Shown here one piece after another: positions 37,801-45,516 of a stretch of DNA of 64,000 nucleotides. Position 1 is the stretch's first letter. Every line of letters starts with the position of its first letter. The notes under the pieces are model-generated. The model was not told the origin of the DNA. It did not search any database and saw only the letters and a list, made by a program, of their open reading frames with translations. This DNA comes from Desulfurococcales archaeon (GTDB lineage Archaea; Thermoproteota; Thermoprotei_A; Sulfolobales; Ignisphaeraceae). The stretch is taken from the NCBI GenBank assembly GCA_027066265.1, contig JAMOOB010000490.1, positions 3,111-67,110 of the forward strand, given 5' to 3'. The position numbers and the translations under genes are program-made.

Positions 37801-39067
37801 TATCGGGAACGAAGTCACCTACGATCTTAGCCGCCTCCTGCGGGGTGAAGCCCCTGATCATCTCCGCGAGCTTCGCGAGCTTGATGCTGCCGGTCCTCTT
37901 AGCGATCCTCGCTACCGCTTTGGCTAGGAGGGTTCTTGCCAGACCGGCCGCTCTAGCACCTATCGCACCGGCTGCTGCACCGGCTACGAGGCTACCTATG
38001 AACTCGGCGAGAGCATTCGGGTCCTCTCTAAGCTCCTTCAGAAGCAGGTCTCGAACAAGCGGGTTCCCCAGCTGGTTCAGCTGGTTCGCGAGGTCGGCTA
38101 GCAGAGGAGCTGCGAAGAGACCTCCGGTCAGGTCTATGAGGAGCGCGTATAGAGCTCCCTGAGCGCCGCTCAGAGCGGTCTTGAGCGCAGCTGCGGCGAT
38201 CTGCATCAGCTGCCCTTTGATATCGCCCCTCTTGGCAAGCTCCTCTCCCTGCCTCTCCCACTGGCTCAGGATCTGCCTAGCTCGATCGAATAGCTCCTGC
38301 AGCGTAACGAGCTTTATTGCTCGAGCAACCTGCCACCACCACTCGGTCCACTGAGGCGGCTTGACCTGGTCGAGCTTACCCTCCTCTACCAGCTTCGCCA
38401 GCTCCTCGACCTTCTTGGGGAGGCACATCCTCACCGCTTCGGCAGCCTGCTCCGGACCGAGGTTCGCGACCTCGTTCGCCACAAGCTCTACGTACTCGTT
38501 GAACTTCCTGTGGATTAGACCGGCTAGCGCTAGCGCTAGCAGCAGGTCGTGCGGTACGGATACGTCGAGCTCGATACGATCCTTCACGATGTAGGGCGTG
38601 ACGACGATCCTCGTCTTACCCTCGTAGAGACCGCGATACGCGTTCTCTAGAACCTGCCTAAGCTTCTTGTAGAGGTCCTCGGGAAGGGATTCGGACATGA
38701 CAACCAGCTCGGCTATCGCCCTCGCTAGCACGCTCCTGGCTTCGTTCGTCATCTTCTCGCTGACCTTCTTGCTGTACTCGGTGAGCGTCAGGTTCCCGCT
38801 CCTAATCGTCTCCTCCTGCTTCTCCCACCACTCCTTCCACGCCTTCTGGTACGCATCCCACTGCCTCTGCCACGTCTCGTAGTACCTGTAGAGAGGGACG
38901 GTGACGTACCTGTAGACAGGCGAAACAACGATGCTCGTGATGACCCTTGTAGGAGCGTAAGCTGTTGTAACGGCTGTTACGTGCCTCGTTACGTACTGCG
39001 TCACCACCTTGGTGACGTAGAGCTTTGGCCCGGGGTACTCCACAACGATGTCTATACCGCTGCTCAC
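34856..39067 (-). CDS. 1403-aa coiled-coil structural-type protein with tetrad-repeat N-terminus and 43-aa tandem repeats
   Basis: N-terminus LYVTKVVTQYVTRHVTAVTT, long alpha-helical middle, and 5 full 43-aa repeats (VVAEKHLKTVDEVLR...VETKR) plus 2 partial. Confidence 0.85.
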   Translation of the reverse strand: MSSGIDIVVEYPGPKLYVTKVVTQYVTRHVTAVTTAYAPTRVITSIVVSPVYRYVTVPLYRYYETWQRQWDAYQKAWKEWWEKQEETIRSGNLTLTEYSKKVSEKMTNEARSVLARAIAELVVMSESLPEDLYKKLRQVLENAYRGLYEGKTRIVVTPYIVKDRIELDVSVPHDLLLALALAGLIHRKFNEYVELVANEVANLGPEQAAEAVRMCLPKKVEELAKLVEEGKLDQVKPPQWTEWWWQVARAIKLVTLQELFDRARQILSQWERQGEELAKRGDIKGQLMQIAAAALKTALSGAQGALYALLIDLTGGLFAAPLLADLANQLNQLGNPLVRDLLLKELREDPNALAEFIGSLVAGAAAGAIGARAAGLARTLLAKAVARIAKRTGSIKLAKLAEMIRGFTPQEAAKIVGDFVPDRVETKFFDTVYDPSTGRTYVVIFYEEAGKIKPYAKIPVEMLKNAAMKLSRVVKVGDENYAAHQILAYIAKRNLKPEEIQNLLEIVYQIPLETRSQMEFLQALEDAIRSGRPIYISGTKVKTVAIPAKSDKFIDLEVAVDGRILRFQIPADPTAAPRVWLDPKLIEAADELAKKENIPLSVALYRVLKERGVLKQMRDVVRWLEQHLDDLRITNAKAVEEALSAPYPVFLEESTLLIKPAEGRVVTVAVGRGRIAELLKYVTGRSVDDRIVSTMVQRVVAETKPSGEVGDIYYTIRQKVMISRDLWREIEPYFRKFVDAVTKRRLDEAAQYVKQIVETAAKTEPETAVELGKLLESMVTTTRRGSVVVPMPVSDPEGTTVTILGVVAATPSQIESAIQRAERGEKVGEAVGRSAVAMQELKSVAEALKQYGISLEVGKRIDIDRVIAELQQAKQSIETAAEELQDEGLQQLADYLQKTIIDLAQLKSLLLSINRVVNRVVTAETITSTSMSETLPMQEARYRVLNAIARIDTAINVVGTVMTQVLDRVVRHILRETQRTKLSKETSLSADVTTRRDIHVVAERHLKTVDEVLRHRQDIDRITKLSRENNVGEEVETKRTISVVAEKHLKTVDEVLRETQRLTERKHLAKERELDASVETKRNIDVVAEKRLKQVDEVLRKTLPMLERERLTKESELPTAAETDRSINVVAEKHLKSIDRVVKQTLGIDRLTKLAKERSIDEDVETRRSISVVAEKHEKTVDEILRSTLGLSEVESRSESTAVEKDVASKRDIKVVAERLVKMVDDARYDRLARRLVVELADELRRYGSKLVERDIDIVATIVRPDVVVFRRRRSTVSPIDQSRSTSIPREETTDIELEVVNREVTDTQKVSTTTRSTSLTELSRCTSVGTEESTQGVVVVVTQPVLEEVTEVVPVLDEVWLSWRRLPRVRRVSRPPSLPMVAAVPRIRRVWRKGRVGERVVL
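35380..36120 (-). repeat. 129-nt (43-aa) tandem repeats inside the 1403-aa CDS
   Basis: 5 full repeats of VVAEKHLKTVDEVLR...VETKR plus 2 partial. Confidence 0.75.
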
Positions 39068-39119
39068 CTCTGCTACACCCCGAAGAAACGGGCTTGCTGT
39101 GAGCTATCTGGGTATCGCT

Positions 39120-39794
39120 CTACCTACCGACCGCGGCGAGGATGATGCCCACCAGGAACGCTATAGCGGTTATCAGCTCGCTTATGTTTGGAGGGATGCC
39201 GAACGCCTCCAGTATCGGTAGATACATCATCGATACGGCTGCTAGAGCGGCTCCAGCTATCCTCGTTGATGGTCTTAGGGCTACGCATATCAGAGGAGAT
39301 GCGGCGGCTATCATAAGCAGTAGAGCGGATACCGGGCTGATGCTCGATACGTCGAACGCGCTCTTCTGCACCTTCGCAACCGCGTACGGACCGTACTCGA
39401 AGCCGTTGACGGTCAGCCTGATCACCAGGTAGCTGTAGCCAGACACAGGGACAACGACGGTCGCTACCTCTCCGCCAGCGAGATCGAGGCTCTTCGCAAC
39501 AACCCGCTCACCGCTCGGAGCATCCACCTCCAGACTAACGTTGCACCCGCTGCTCTCGAAGCACGTTATATCTACGTACAGACCGCTATCGTTCAGAACC
39601 GCAAACATGGTTGCAAACGGGCTTCTAGCCTCCTTCACCACCGGCAAACAGATGAACTCACCCGAAGCGTTGTAGACGAAGCTACCGGGCGGACACTCCA
39701 TATCCACAGCTGTGGTCACGGTATCGGCGAGAACCGTAGCCGCAGCTGCGGGTATGAAGAGTACAGCAACGAGCACGAATAGAGCTAGACGCAC
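39120..39794 (-). CDS. secreted/membrane-anchored protein
   Basis: Signal-like MRLALFVLVAVLFIPAAAA and C-terminal TM segments. A perfect palindrome (39704) lies in the 5' coding part. Confidence 0.6.
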   Translation of the reverse strand: MRLALFVLVAVLFIPAAAATVLADTVTTAVDMECPPGSFVYNASGEFICLPVVKEARSPFATMFAVLNDSGLYVDITCFESSGCNVSLEVDAPSGERVVAKSLDLAGGEVATVVVPVSGYSYLVIRLTVNGFEYGPYAVAKVQKSAFDVSSISPVSALLLMIAAASPLICVALRPSTRIAGAALAAVSMMYLPILEAFGIPPNISELITAIAFLVGIILAAVGR

Positions 39795-39890
39795 AGATGC
39801 TCACCCGAGAAGAGGAGGGGAAGAAGGGGGAAGAGGTGTTGAGAAAAAGGGTTTTGGTTCTAGGGACGGAAACGTTTATGGTGCTACGCG

Positions 39891-40199
39891 TTAGGCGGAG
39901 GGTGCTCCACCGACGCTTGTGGCGGCGTTCATCAGCATCCTGATGACGATGGCGATTATCGCTATGATGACGCCGATCGCTAGGAATATGAAGCCCGTTC
40001 TCGTGATGTTTATAACTGTGTCATCGAATAGGTTGATCGTTATTCCTCCACCGAGGCTATTGTTTAGCAGCTTGGTTGTGTACTCACCGATGCCACCGGC
40101 GATGTTGGCGGCTGTTATCCCTACAAAGATCGCTATCAGTACTGCTACTGCTGGTAGTATAGTGCTTCTGAGGTCTTCCATACCTCGCACCTCGTGCAC
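39891..40199 (-). CDS. small membrane protein
   Basis: 102-aa ORF with two TM segments. Confidence 0.5.
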   Translation of the reverse strand: MHEVRGMEDLRSTILPAVAVLIAIFVGITAANIAGGIGEYTTKLLNNSLGGGITINLFDDTVINITRTGFIFLAIGVIIAIIAIVIRMLMNAATSVGGAPSA

Positions 40200-40231
40200 A
40201 TGGTCCCCGTTCCGGAATTTAAATGTAGCGA

Positions 40232-42388
40232 TTATTCTGATAGCACGAGCTGTGCAGCCTCATCGATTCTGCCCTCCCTGATTAGCCTGGCTATCCTCCT
40301 AGCGAAGCCGCGGATATCCGGCGTATCCACGCCTGGTAGATCCCTTCTCGACCAGTCCCTTAGCCACGTCCTCACGTACCTTGCACGATGCTTGCTCTCC
40401 CTGCCGACGTCCCTCATAAACCCGTAGCTGTCGGCTAGGTTCGCGAGGAAGATCAGAGCCCTCTTCTCCTTCACTGTTAGCTTCCTAGGCGTCTTGTTAA
40501 GCGCCTGAACGACGAGCTCGTAGATAAAAGGGTACCTCTCCTTGACCAGCTGGAGAGCTCTCTCCAGAGCCGCAACGCGCTCCTCGTGCCTCATCACCCT
40601 CCTGATAACCTTCGCGCCCTCTCCCTCGCCGAGCCTCCTGGACTCCGCCTCTAGCCTCCTCCTCTCCTCCACGAGCCTCCTCATCTCGTCCTGCGGCACG
40701 ATCTCGTTGAGAACGTCGTACCAAGCCTTGGCTCTGTGCGCCTCCCAGGGATCGATGTAGACGAGGTAGACGATGCCAGCGAGCTTACCGGGCGCCGGTC
40801 TAGCGATTCTACCTACCCTCTGGATCATCTGCCTCTTCGTCTTGTACGCCGAAGCCATTATCTCTACATCCGCGTCCGGGATATCGATACCCTCCTCAGC
40901 CGCCTGGTTGAGTATCAGGATCCTTGCCTCTCCCCTCCTGAACCTCTCGATCTCTTCATCTCTCCTCGACGACGATACGCCGAACTGCCTCACGCTGCCT
41001 CTACCAACGTAGACAGCGACCTTCTCCCTTCCGAGCCTCTTCACGAGCTCGTCGTAGATCCTCTTGAGCTGATCTATGAGGTTGCCGAAGATTATCACCT
41101 TCCTGCCCTGCTCAACTGCTTTGATGGCTAGCTCAACGATCTTGCTGATCTTGTTCGGATCGAGAGCGAGGATCCTATCTATCTCTGCTCTTATCTTCTC
41201 CGCGGGTGCGTTTCCGCGGCGCATCATCTTCGATAGCTCTAGAAGCCTCCTCTCATCCTCTGGTGTAGGCTCAACCGGTACCATCTCCACGAGGATGGGT
41301 GCTAGCCACCCCTCCTTGGCTAGCTCTGTATACGGTATCCTGTAGACTATGGGTCCGAGGCTCTCGAAGATCAGGTGCTCGTTCTTATCGTCTCGCTCGG
41401 GAGTGGCTGTTAGACCGAGAACGTATGGCGTTGCTATCATCCTAACGGCTTCGAAGAATCTCTCGGCTGGCACCCTATGACACTCGTCACAGATCAGAAG
41501 ACCGAACCTGTTCCACAGCTTGTCTATGTGTCTATACGCCGACTGGTAGGTGGCTACAGTGATATCGCCTACCTCATGCTTACCGCCACCGAAGATAGCT
41601 GGTTTGATGCCTAGAACCTCCTCGATCTTTCTAGCCCACTGCTCAAGCAGAGCCTCGTTTGGAACCAGAATCAGTGTTGGAACCCTCAGCTTGGCGATCG
41701 CTGCGAGTCCTATCCATGTCTTTCCACCTCCTGTGGGGATGACGATTGTACCCCTGTACCCGTTCCTTATCCACGCATCGATAGCCTCCCTCTGGTACGG
41801 TCTAAGCCTCTCGTAGACCTCCTCGAAGCTCGTCTTGAGATCCACCGTCTTGAGATGGGGCTTCTCGACCTCTACATCTATACCCATGCTCTTCAGCACG
41901 TTGATAACTCTATGGAGGAACCTGGGTGCGACAACGATTCTGATGCCCTCCGGCGTAGTCTCTATCCTTCCTATCCTCACAGTCGTTGGAATGAGCTCGT
42001 AGGTTTTGGTTGCGGGATCGTACTTCTCCCTGTTATACGTAATCCTAAGAACATCCTCGATCCTGCTACGCATATCGTAGGTTAGTCTGCTCGGAATATC
42101 GATTACAGCCATATGCAGCTGGGGATCCAGCCTAACGCTAGCCTTCAGCCTGTACGCCCCCAGCCTCTCGATGAGTTCGGGAGCACCTACCTTCTCGGCG
42201 AACTCCCTAGCAGCCTCAAGATCCTTAACGCCCTTGATCCTCCACCGCTTCAGCGCAGAGTCGTAGCTGACGAAGAACCCCTTCTTCAGCAGCTCCTTCA
42301 GCTCCTCCAGCCTATCCCACGTAAGCTCCTTCCTCACAACCGTGTTCCAGTCCCTGTCAACAACCCAAAACGTTACCGTTCTAGCCAC
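40232..42388 (-). CDS. superfamily 2 helicase (ResIII/XPB-Rad25-like core)
   Basis: LRPYQREAIDAW, motif I PTGGGKT, motif II LLICDECH, motif III GLTATPER, motif VI QRVGRIARP. N- and C-terminal extensions. Confidence 0.85.
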   Translation of the reverse strand: MARTVTFWVVDRDWNTVVRKELTWDRLEELKELLKKGFFVSYDSALKRWRIKGVKDLEAAREFAEKVGAPELIERLGAYRLKASVRLDPQLHMAVIDIPSRLTYDMRSRIEDVLRITYNREKYDPATKTYELIPTTVRIGRIETTPEGIRIVVAPRFLHRVINVLKSMGIDVEVEKPHLKTVDLKTSFEEVYERLRPYQREAIDAWIRNGYRGTIVIPTGGGKTWIGLAAIAKLRVPTLILVPNEALLEQWARKIEEVLGIKPAIFGGGKHEVGDITVATYQSAYRHIDKLWNRFGLLICDECHRVPAERFFEAVRMIATPYVLGLTATPERDDKNEHLIFESLGPIVYRIPYTELAKEGWLAPILVEMVPVEPTPEDERRLLELSKMMRRGNAPAEKIRAEIDRILALDPNKISKIVELAIKAVEQGRKVIIFGNLIDQLKRIYDELVKRLGREKVAVYVGRGSVRQFGVSSSRRDEEIERFRRGEARILILNQAAEEGIDIPDADVEIMASAYKTKRQMIQRVGRIARPAPGKLAGIVYLVYIDPWEAHRAKAWYDVLNEIVPQDEMRRLVEERRRLEAESRRLGEGEGAKVIRRVMRHEERVAALERALQLVKERYPFIYELVVQALNKTPRKLTVKEKRALIFLANLADSYGFMRDVGRESKHRARYVRTWLRDWSRRDLPGVDTPDIRGFARRIARLIREGRIDEAAQLVLSE

Positions 42389-42490
42389 CTACCCCCACCC
42401 AGAGTATGCGCAGCCATTGAACAGCATATATCTCTACCTATACCATAAACAGATAGACATGGAAAACAAACAGGAGGTGCCCACAGCTGC

Positions 42491-42615
42491 GGACAAGAAG
42501 AGGAGGGGGAGGAAGGGAAACAGAAAGCAAAAGCAGAGGAGGGGACAGGAGAGGAAGAGAGAAGGAGGTAGGGAAGAGGGGAGGGAAGAAGGAAGGGAGA
42601 AGAAGGAGAAGGAGT
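42491..42615. repeat. ~125-bp homopurine/homopyrimidine tract
   Basis: GGACAAGAAGAGGAGGGGGAGGAAGGG...GAAGGAGAAGGAG with only about 7 pyrimidines on the plus strand. Lies 3' of the DUF5131 gene. Confidence 0.7.
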
Positions 42616-42624
42616 GTGGGTAGG

Positions 42625-43356
42625 TTACTGTTCGTACCATGCTTTTCTAATGGTTTTCTCGTAGACTGTTATGCCGTGCTGTCTCAGGTTGTCGATCAGC
42701 TCAAGTGTTTTGTCCAGCGTGGGCTCGGGTAGCCTATTGTCATAGTTGTCGTACCCGATGTACACGAACTCCGGCTCTATCTCGGCGATCTTCTCTGCGA
42801 AGCTTCTTGGGCTGGAGAAGTCTATGATGGGCTCTATCGAGACCATCTTCCTTAGGCATCTAAGAGCCTTCATATACGCTATGCGCTCGGAAGGCAGGGG
42901 CGCTCTCGATATTCCGTAGCCTATGTACAGCTCATCGAGATCGGTCTCGATCGTAGCGCCAAAGATAGCGTTTCGATGTAGACACAGCGTGCTCTTCAAG
43001 GCGTAGTACCTCCTCGGATTCTTGGTCAGGAACAAGAACGTTGTCTGCGGAAACCTCTCAACCACTTCGAGCACCCTGTAAATCCATTTCTCCGGAACCC
43101 AGTCACCGAACATATCACCCATATCAGCAACAAACACGAGCTCACCCGGCTTGAAGCATACATCAAGCTCCTTCTCGTGAAGCTTAGGAACGAAGCCCTC
43201 AGCATACTTCCTAGTTACCTTGCGAAGCCTGGTCTCCACCAACATCCTAGCCCAACAGTACTTACAGTAATGCTTACAACCAGTGATGGGGTTCCATGTA
43301 CGTGTAACGATGTGGAACATCCTCGTTCCTTCATATCTAGACCTAGCCATATCCAT
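42625..43356 (-). CDS. DUF5131 / phage Gp37-Gp68 family protein
   Basis: TRTWNPITGCKHYCKYCWA matches the family's WNP..GC....C..C signature. Start trimmed to ATG 43356, downstream of the palindrome variant at 43384. Confidence 0.6.
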   Translation of the reverse strand: MDMARSRYEGTRMFHIVTRTWNPITGCKHYCKYCWARMLVETRLRKVTRKYAEGFVPKLHEKELDVCFKPGELVFVADMGDMFGDWVPEKWIYRVLEVVERFPQTTFLFLTKNPRRYYALKSTLCLHRNAIFGATIETDLDELYIGYGISRAPLPSERIAYMKALRCLRKMVSIEPIIDFSSPRSFAEKIAEIEPEFVYIGYDNYDNRLPEPTLDKTLELIDNLRQHGITVYEKTIRKAWYEQ

Positions 43357-43613
43357 CACCACACCTAGATGACATTGATATCCCCACAGCTGAGGTAAAG
43401 ATGTATCGGAACAGGTACGTAACCCGTCGAGAGGGTCTATGATCATCGTTGCGTCTCGCATCTTTTAGCTTCTCCATGTGATAAGCAGCTGTAGCGGGGA
43501 ACGGCACTATGTTGGATCCCCATATAATCGAGCTCAAAATGCTTGAGGAGATCGAGGATCTCATCGAGGAGATCTACCAGGTGGACGCTGTGATTCCTGC
43601 GGCGGGCTGATCC

Positions 43614-44123
43614 TCATCTCTTCATCTTCTTGATTATCTCACGTATCTCGTTCTCCAGCCTCTGTATTCTCGTGTAGTGCTCTTCGCATAGATGTCTACA
43701 GGTGCCCGTAGCGCTGTAGACACCCGATAGAACACATATCTTCAGACACACATCGAGATCGCGGTACTCAGCGTCGAGCCTCTGCCTAAGCCTGCACGCC
43801 TTCAGCGCTAGGAGCGGGTGCCTAGCTATGTCGCGGATACGTATATCCTTATCGAAGCGGAACAGCATCGCCTGGACAGAGACGCAGAACAGTATAAACG
43901 CTGCGAAGCCTATGTAGGGCGCAACAACGATTACGAAAGCCAGATCGAAACCGATGCGCAGGCTGGTGTGCAGCAGATACGCAGCGTAGGTAAGCCCTAC
44001 AGCAATGATAGCACCAGCAATGAGAGTACCGAGGATAGCACCGAAGATAGCGCCTACAGCAAGCAGAGCCTCTTTAGTGCTCAACCCCTCAATCCCCAGG
44101 TCGATACGGACATCACTATCCAT
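43614..44123 (-). CDS. membrane protein with Cys-rich C-terminal domain
   Basis: 169-aa ORF with 3 TM segments, preceded by the ~145-nt duplicated leader. Confidence 0.55.
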   Translation of the reverse strand: MDSDVRIDLGIEGLSTKEALLAVGAIFGAILGTLIAGAIIAVGLTYAAYLLHTSLRIGFDLAFVIVVAPYIGFAAFILFCVSVQAMLFRFDKDIRIRDIARHPLLALKACRLRQRLDAEYRDLDVCLKICVLSGVYSATGTCRHLCEEHYTRIQRLENEIREIIKKMKR

Positions 44124-44139
44124 TCCTTCTCTCTGGAGA

Positions 44140-44300
44140 GGTGCACCCGGACCCCGCTACACCTCCGCAAGAATGGAGACCTGGTGCACCGTGAAAGCGT
44201 CAAGACCGGGGTTTACGTATGTGATGCAAAAACTCGTGAAAGAATGGTTATGGTGCAGCCCCTGTATATACCGCTCCATCGCCGTAGCCATCCGATTGTT
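44140..44300 (-). repeat. GGTGCACC-box element plus duplicated promoter/leader, copy A
   Basis: GGTGCACC at 44140 and 44183. The 35-mer at 44255-44289 is identical to 55634-55668 and contains GTATATAC. Confidence 0.7.
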
Positions 44301-44313
44301 TACGCAGGTTATG

Positions 44314-44595
44314 CTAACACCTATCAGCATCCAGTATTCTGCGGAGGAGCGGATCTACGATGAGCGCCATACGTATCGTGTAGCGCTTGAAGAGCTCTAC
44401 TGGTCCTAGAGCAATCGACTTCTGATCGATGGTCAGCAGACACAGAGGTCTGTATCTACTGCATATCTTGCTGAGCCTGTTGTATACAACGAGCGCTGTA
44501 ATATCATCGCTTACACTGATCTCTATAACCATAGCCGCCAGCAACCCATAGCGAAAAACCTGCTTTCTAAACGGCACAGCGAAGCTCATATACAT
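44314..44595 (-). CDS. small hypothetical protein
   Basis: Start trimmed to the ATG 2 nt after the palindrome (CCACAGCTGTGGGG-ATG). Confidence 0.45.
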   Translation of the reverse strand: MYMSFAVPFRKQVFRYGLLAAMVIEISVSDDITALVVYNRLSKICSRYRPLCLLTIDQKSIALGPVELFKRYTIRMALIVDPLLRRILDADRC

Positions 44596-44597
44596 CC

Positions 44598-44609
44598 CCA
44601 CAGCTGTGG
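44598..44609. promoter_or_regulatory. CCACAGCTGTGG palindrome (perfect)
   Basis: Lies 2 nt upstream of ATG 44595, in a 30-nt junction with no TATA. Confidence 0.7.
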
Positions 44610-44625
44610 ACAAAAAGGAAGGAGT

Positions 44626-44865
44626 CTACTCCCTATCGAGAGAATCCTCGTTGCTCTCCTCTACCTCTGGCTTCATCCTCAGCGCACTCTGGATCGCTTT
44701 GAGGAGCTCCTCCAGCTCGATGCATATCCCTATCGACTCGCCGTAGATCGTACCGTGTCTGAACCTAGCCTTAGCAGCGTTTGTCTCCGCCTCCATCCTG
44801 GACGAAGCTTCCGTGATACCTATTGTAGCCCCTACGGCTATGCAGAACCACTTCTTTCTAGGCAC
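44626..44865 (-). CDS. small hypothetical protein
   Basis: 79-aa ORF with GTG start 9 nt after CCACAGCTGTGGGGATAACGG. Confidence 0.45.
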   Translation of the reverse strand: MPRKKWFCIAVGATIGITEASSRMEAETNAAKARFRHGTIYGESIGICIELEELLKAIQSALRMKPEVEESNEDSLDRE

Positions 44866-44874
44866 CCGTTATCC

Positions 44875-44886
44875 CCACAGCTGTGG
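44875..44886. promoter_or_regulatory. CCACAGCTGTGG palindrome (perfect)
   Basis: CCTTTTTCTCGTCT-palindrome-GGATAACGG-GTG. Confidence 0.7.
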
Positions 44887-44910
44887 AGACGAGAAAAAGG
44901 ATGAGCTGAT

Positions 44911-45411
44911 TTAGAGAACCCTAACCGGCTTTCCCTCTGTTTCAAGCAACCTGTACAGCAGCGCAATTGCCTGTACGAGTTCGTCGCTCGACCTGTTCCC
45001 CTTGTCTAGCTGCTCTATGCAGAGAAGCTCGCTTCCGCTCTTTCTACACTCGATTCTTTCCATAGGTGATTTATCCGATACGATCCGCCTAATCTCCCCG
45101 ATCGGTATCTCTCTAACTATCCTCTCGAAGCTTTCCCTAGGCACCTCCTTCGGAATAGGCTGCAGCCGAATAAGCTCCCCATCTGTCTCTATCTCGATGA
45201 ACTCGCCGGTACCTATCCTACACCCTCTCTCGCTACAGAAGCTCGAAACGCATATGCTGTACGGCATAGGCTTGAAGCGTGCACACAGCGAGTAGATCAC
45301 CTCCTCGCTCTCTTCTCTACGCCTAGCACTCTCCACGATGACGAGCGCTTCCTCCTCCATCAAAACCTCTCTTCTCGCAGTAGCCCCCTCCAGAACAAGC
45401 CTTAGCTGCAT
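44911..45411 (-). CDS. hypothetical protein
   Basis: Start trimmed to ATG 45411 (TTTTTGGGGATAGAT-ATG). GGTTTTAACC box lies 35-44 nt upstream. Confidence 0.5.
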   Translation of the reverse strand: MQLRLVLEGATARREVLMEEEALVIVESARRREESEEVIYSLCARFKPMPYSICVSSFCSERGCRIGTGEFIEIETDGELIRLQPIPKEVPRESFERIVREIPIGEIRRIVSDKSPMERIECRKSGSELLCIEQLDKGNRSSDELVQAIALLYRLLETEGKPVRVL

Positions 45412-45445
45412 ATCTATCCCCAAAAACACGGGGTGGCTAGAGCTC

Positions 45446-45455
45446 GGTTAAAACC
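45446..45455 (-). promoter_or_regulatory. TATA-like box GGTTTTAACC
   Basis: Lies 35-44 nt upstream of ATG 45411. Confidence 0.45.
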
Positions 45456-45483
45456 TTGATTCTTGCGGAGGTCGCCCCTATTC

Positions 45484-45495
45484 CCACAGCTGTGG
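45484..45495. promoter_or_regulatory. CCACAGCTGTGG palindrome (perfect)
   Basis: Lies 21 nt after the stop of the TFB-like gene. Confidence 0.7.
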
Positions 45496-45516
45496 AAAAG
45501 GTTGGTGTTAGCCGTG

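Noticed and set aside
42342-42623. 93-aa K/R/E/G-rich plus-strand ORF
   Set aside because: It is a translation of the homopurine tract. It has no start context, and an equally open pyrimidine-strand ORF overlaps it.
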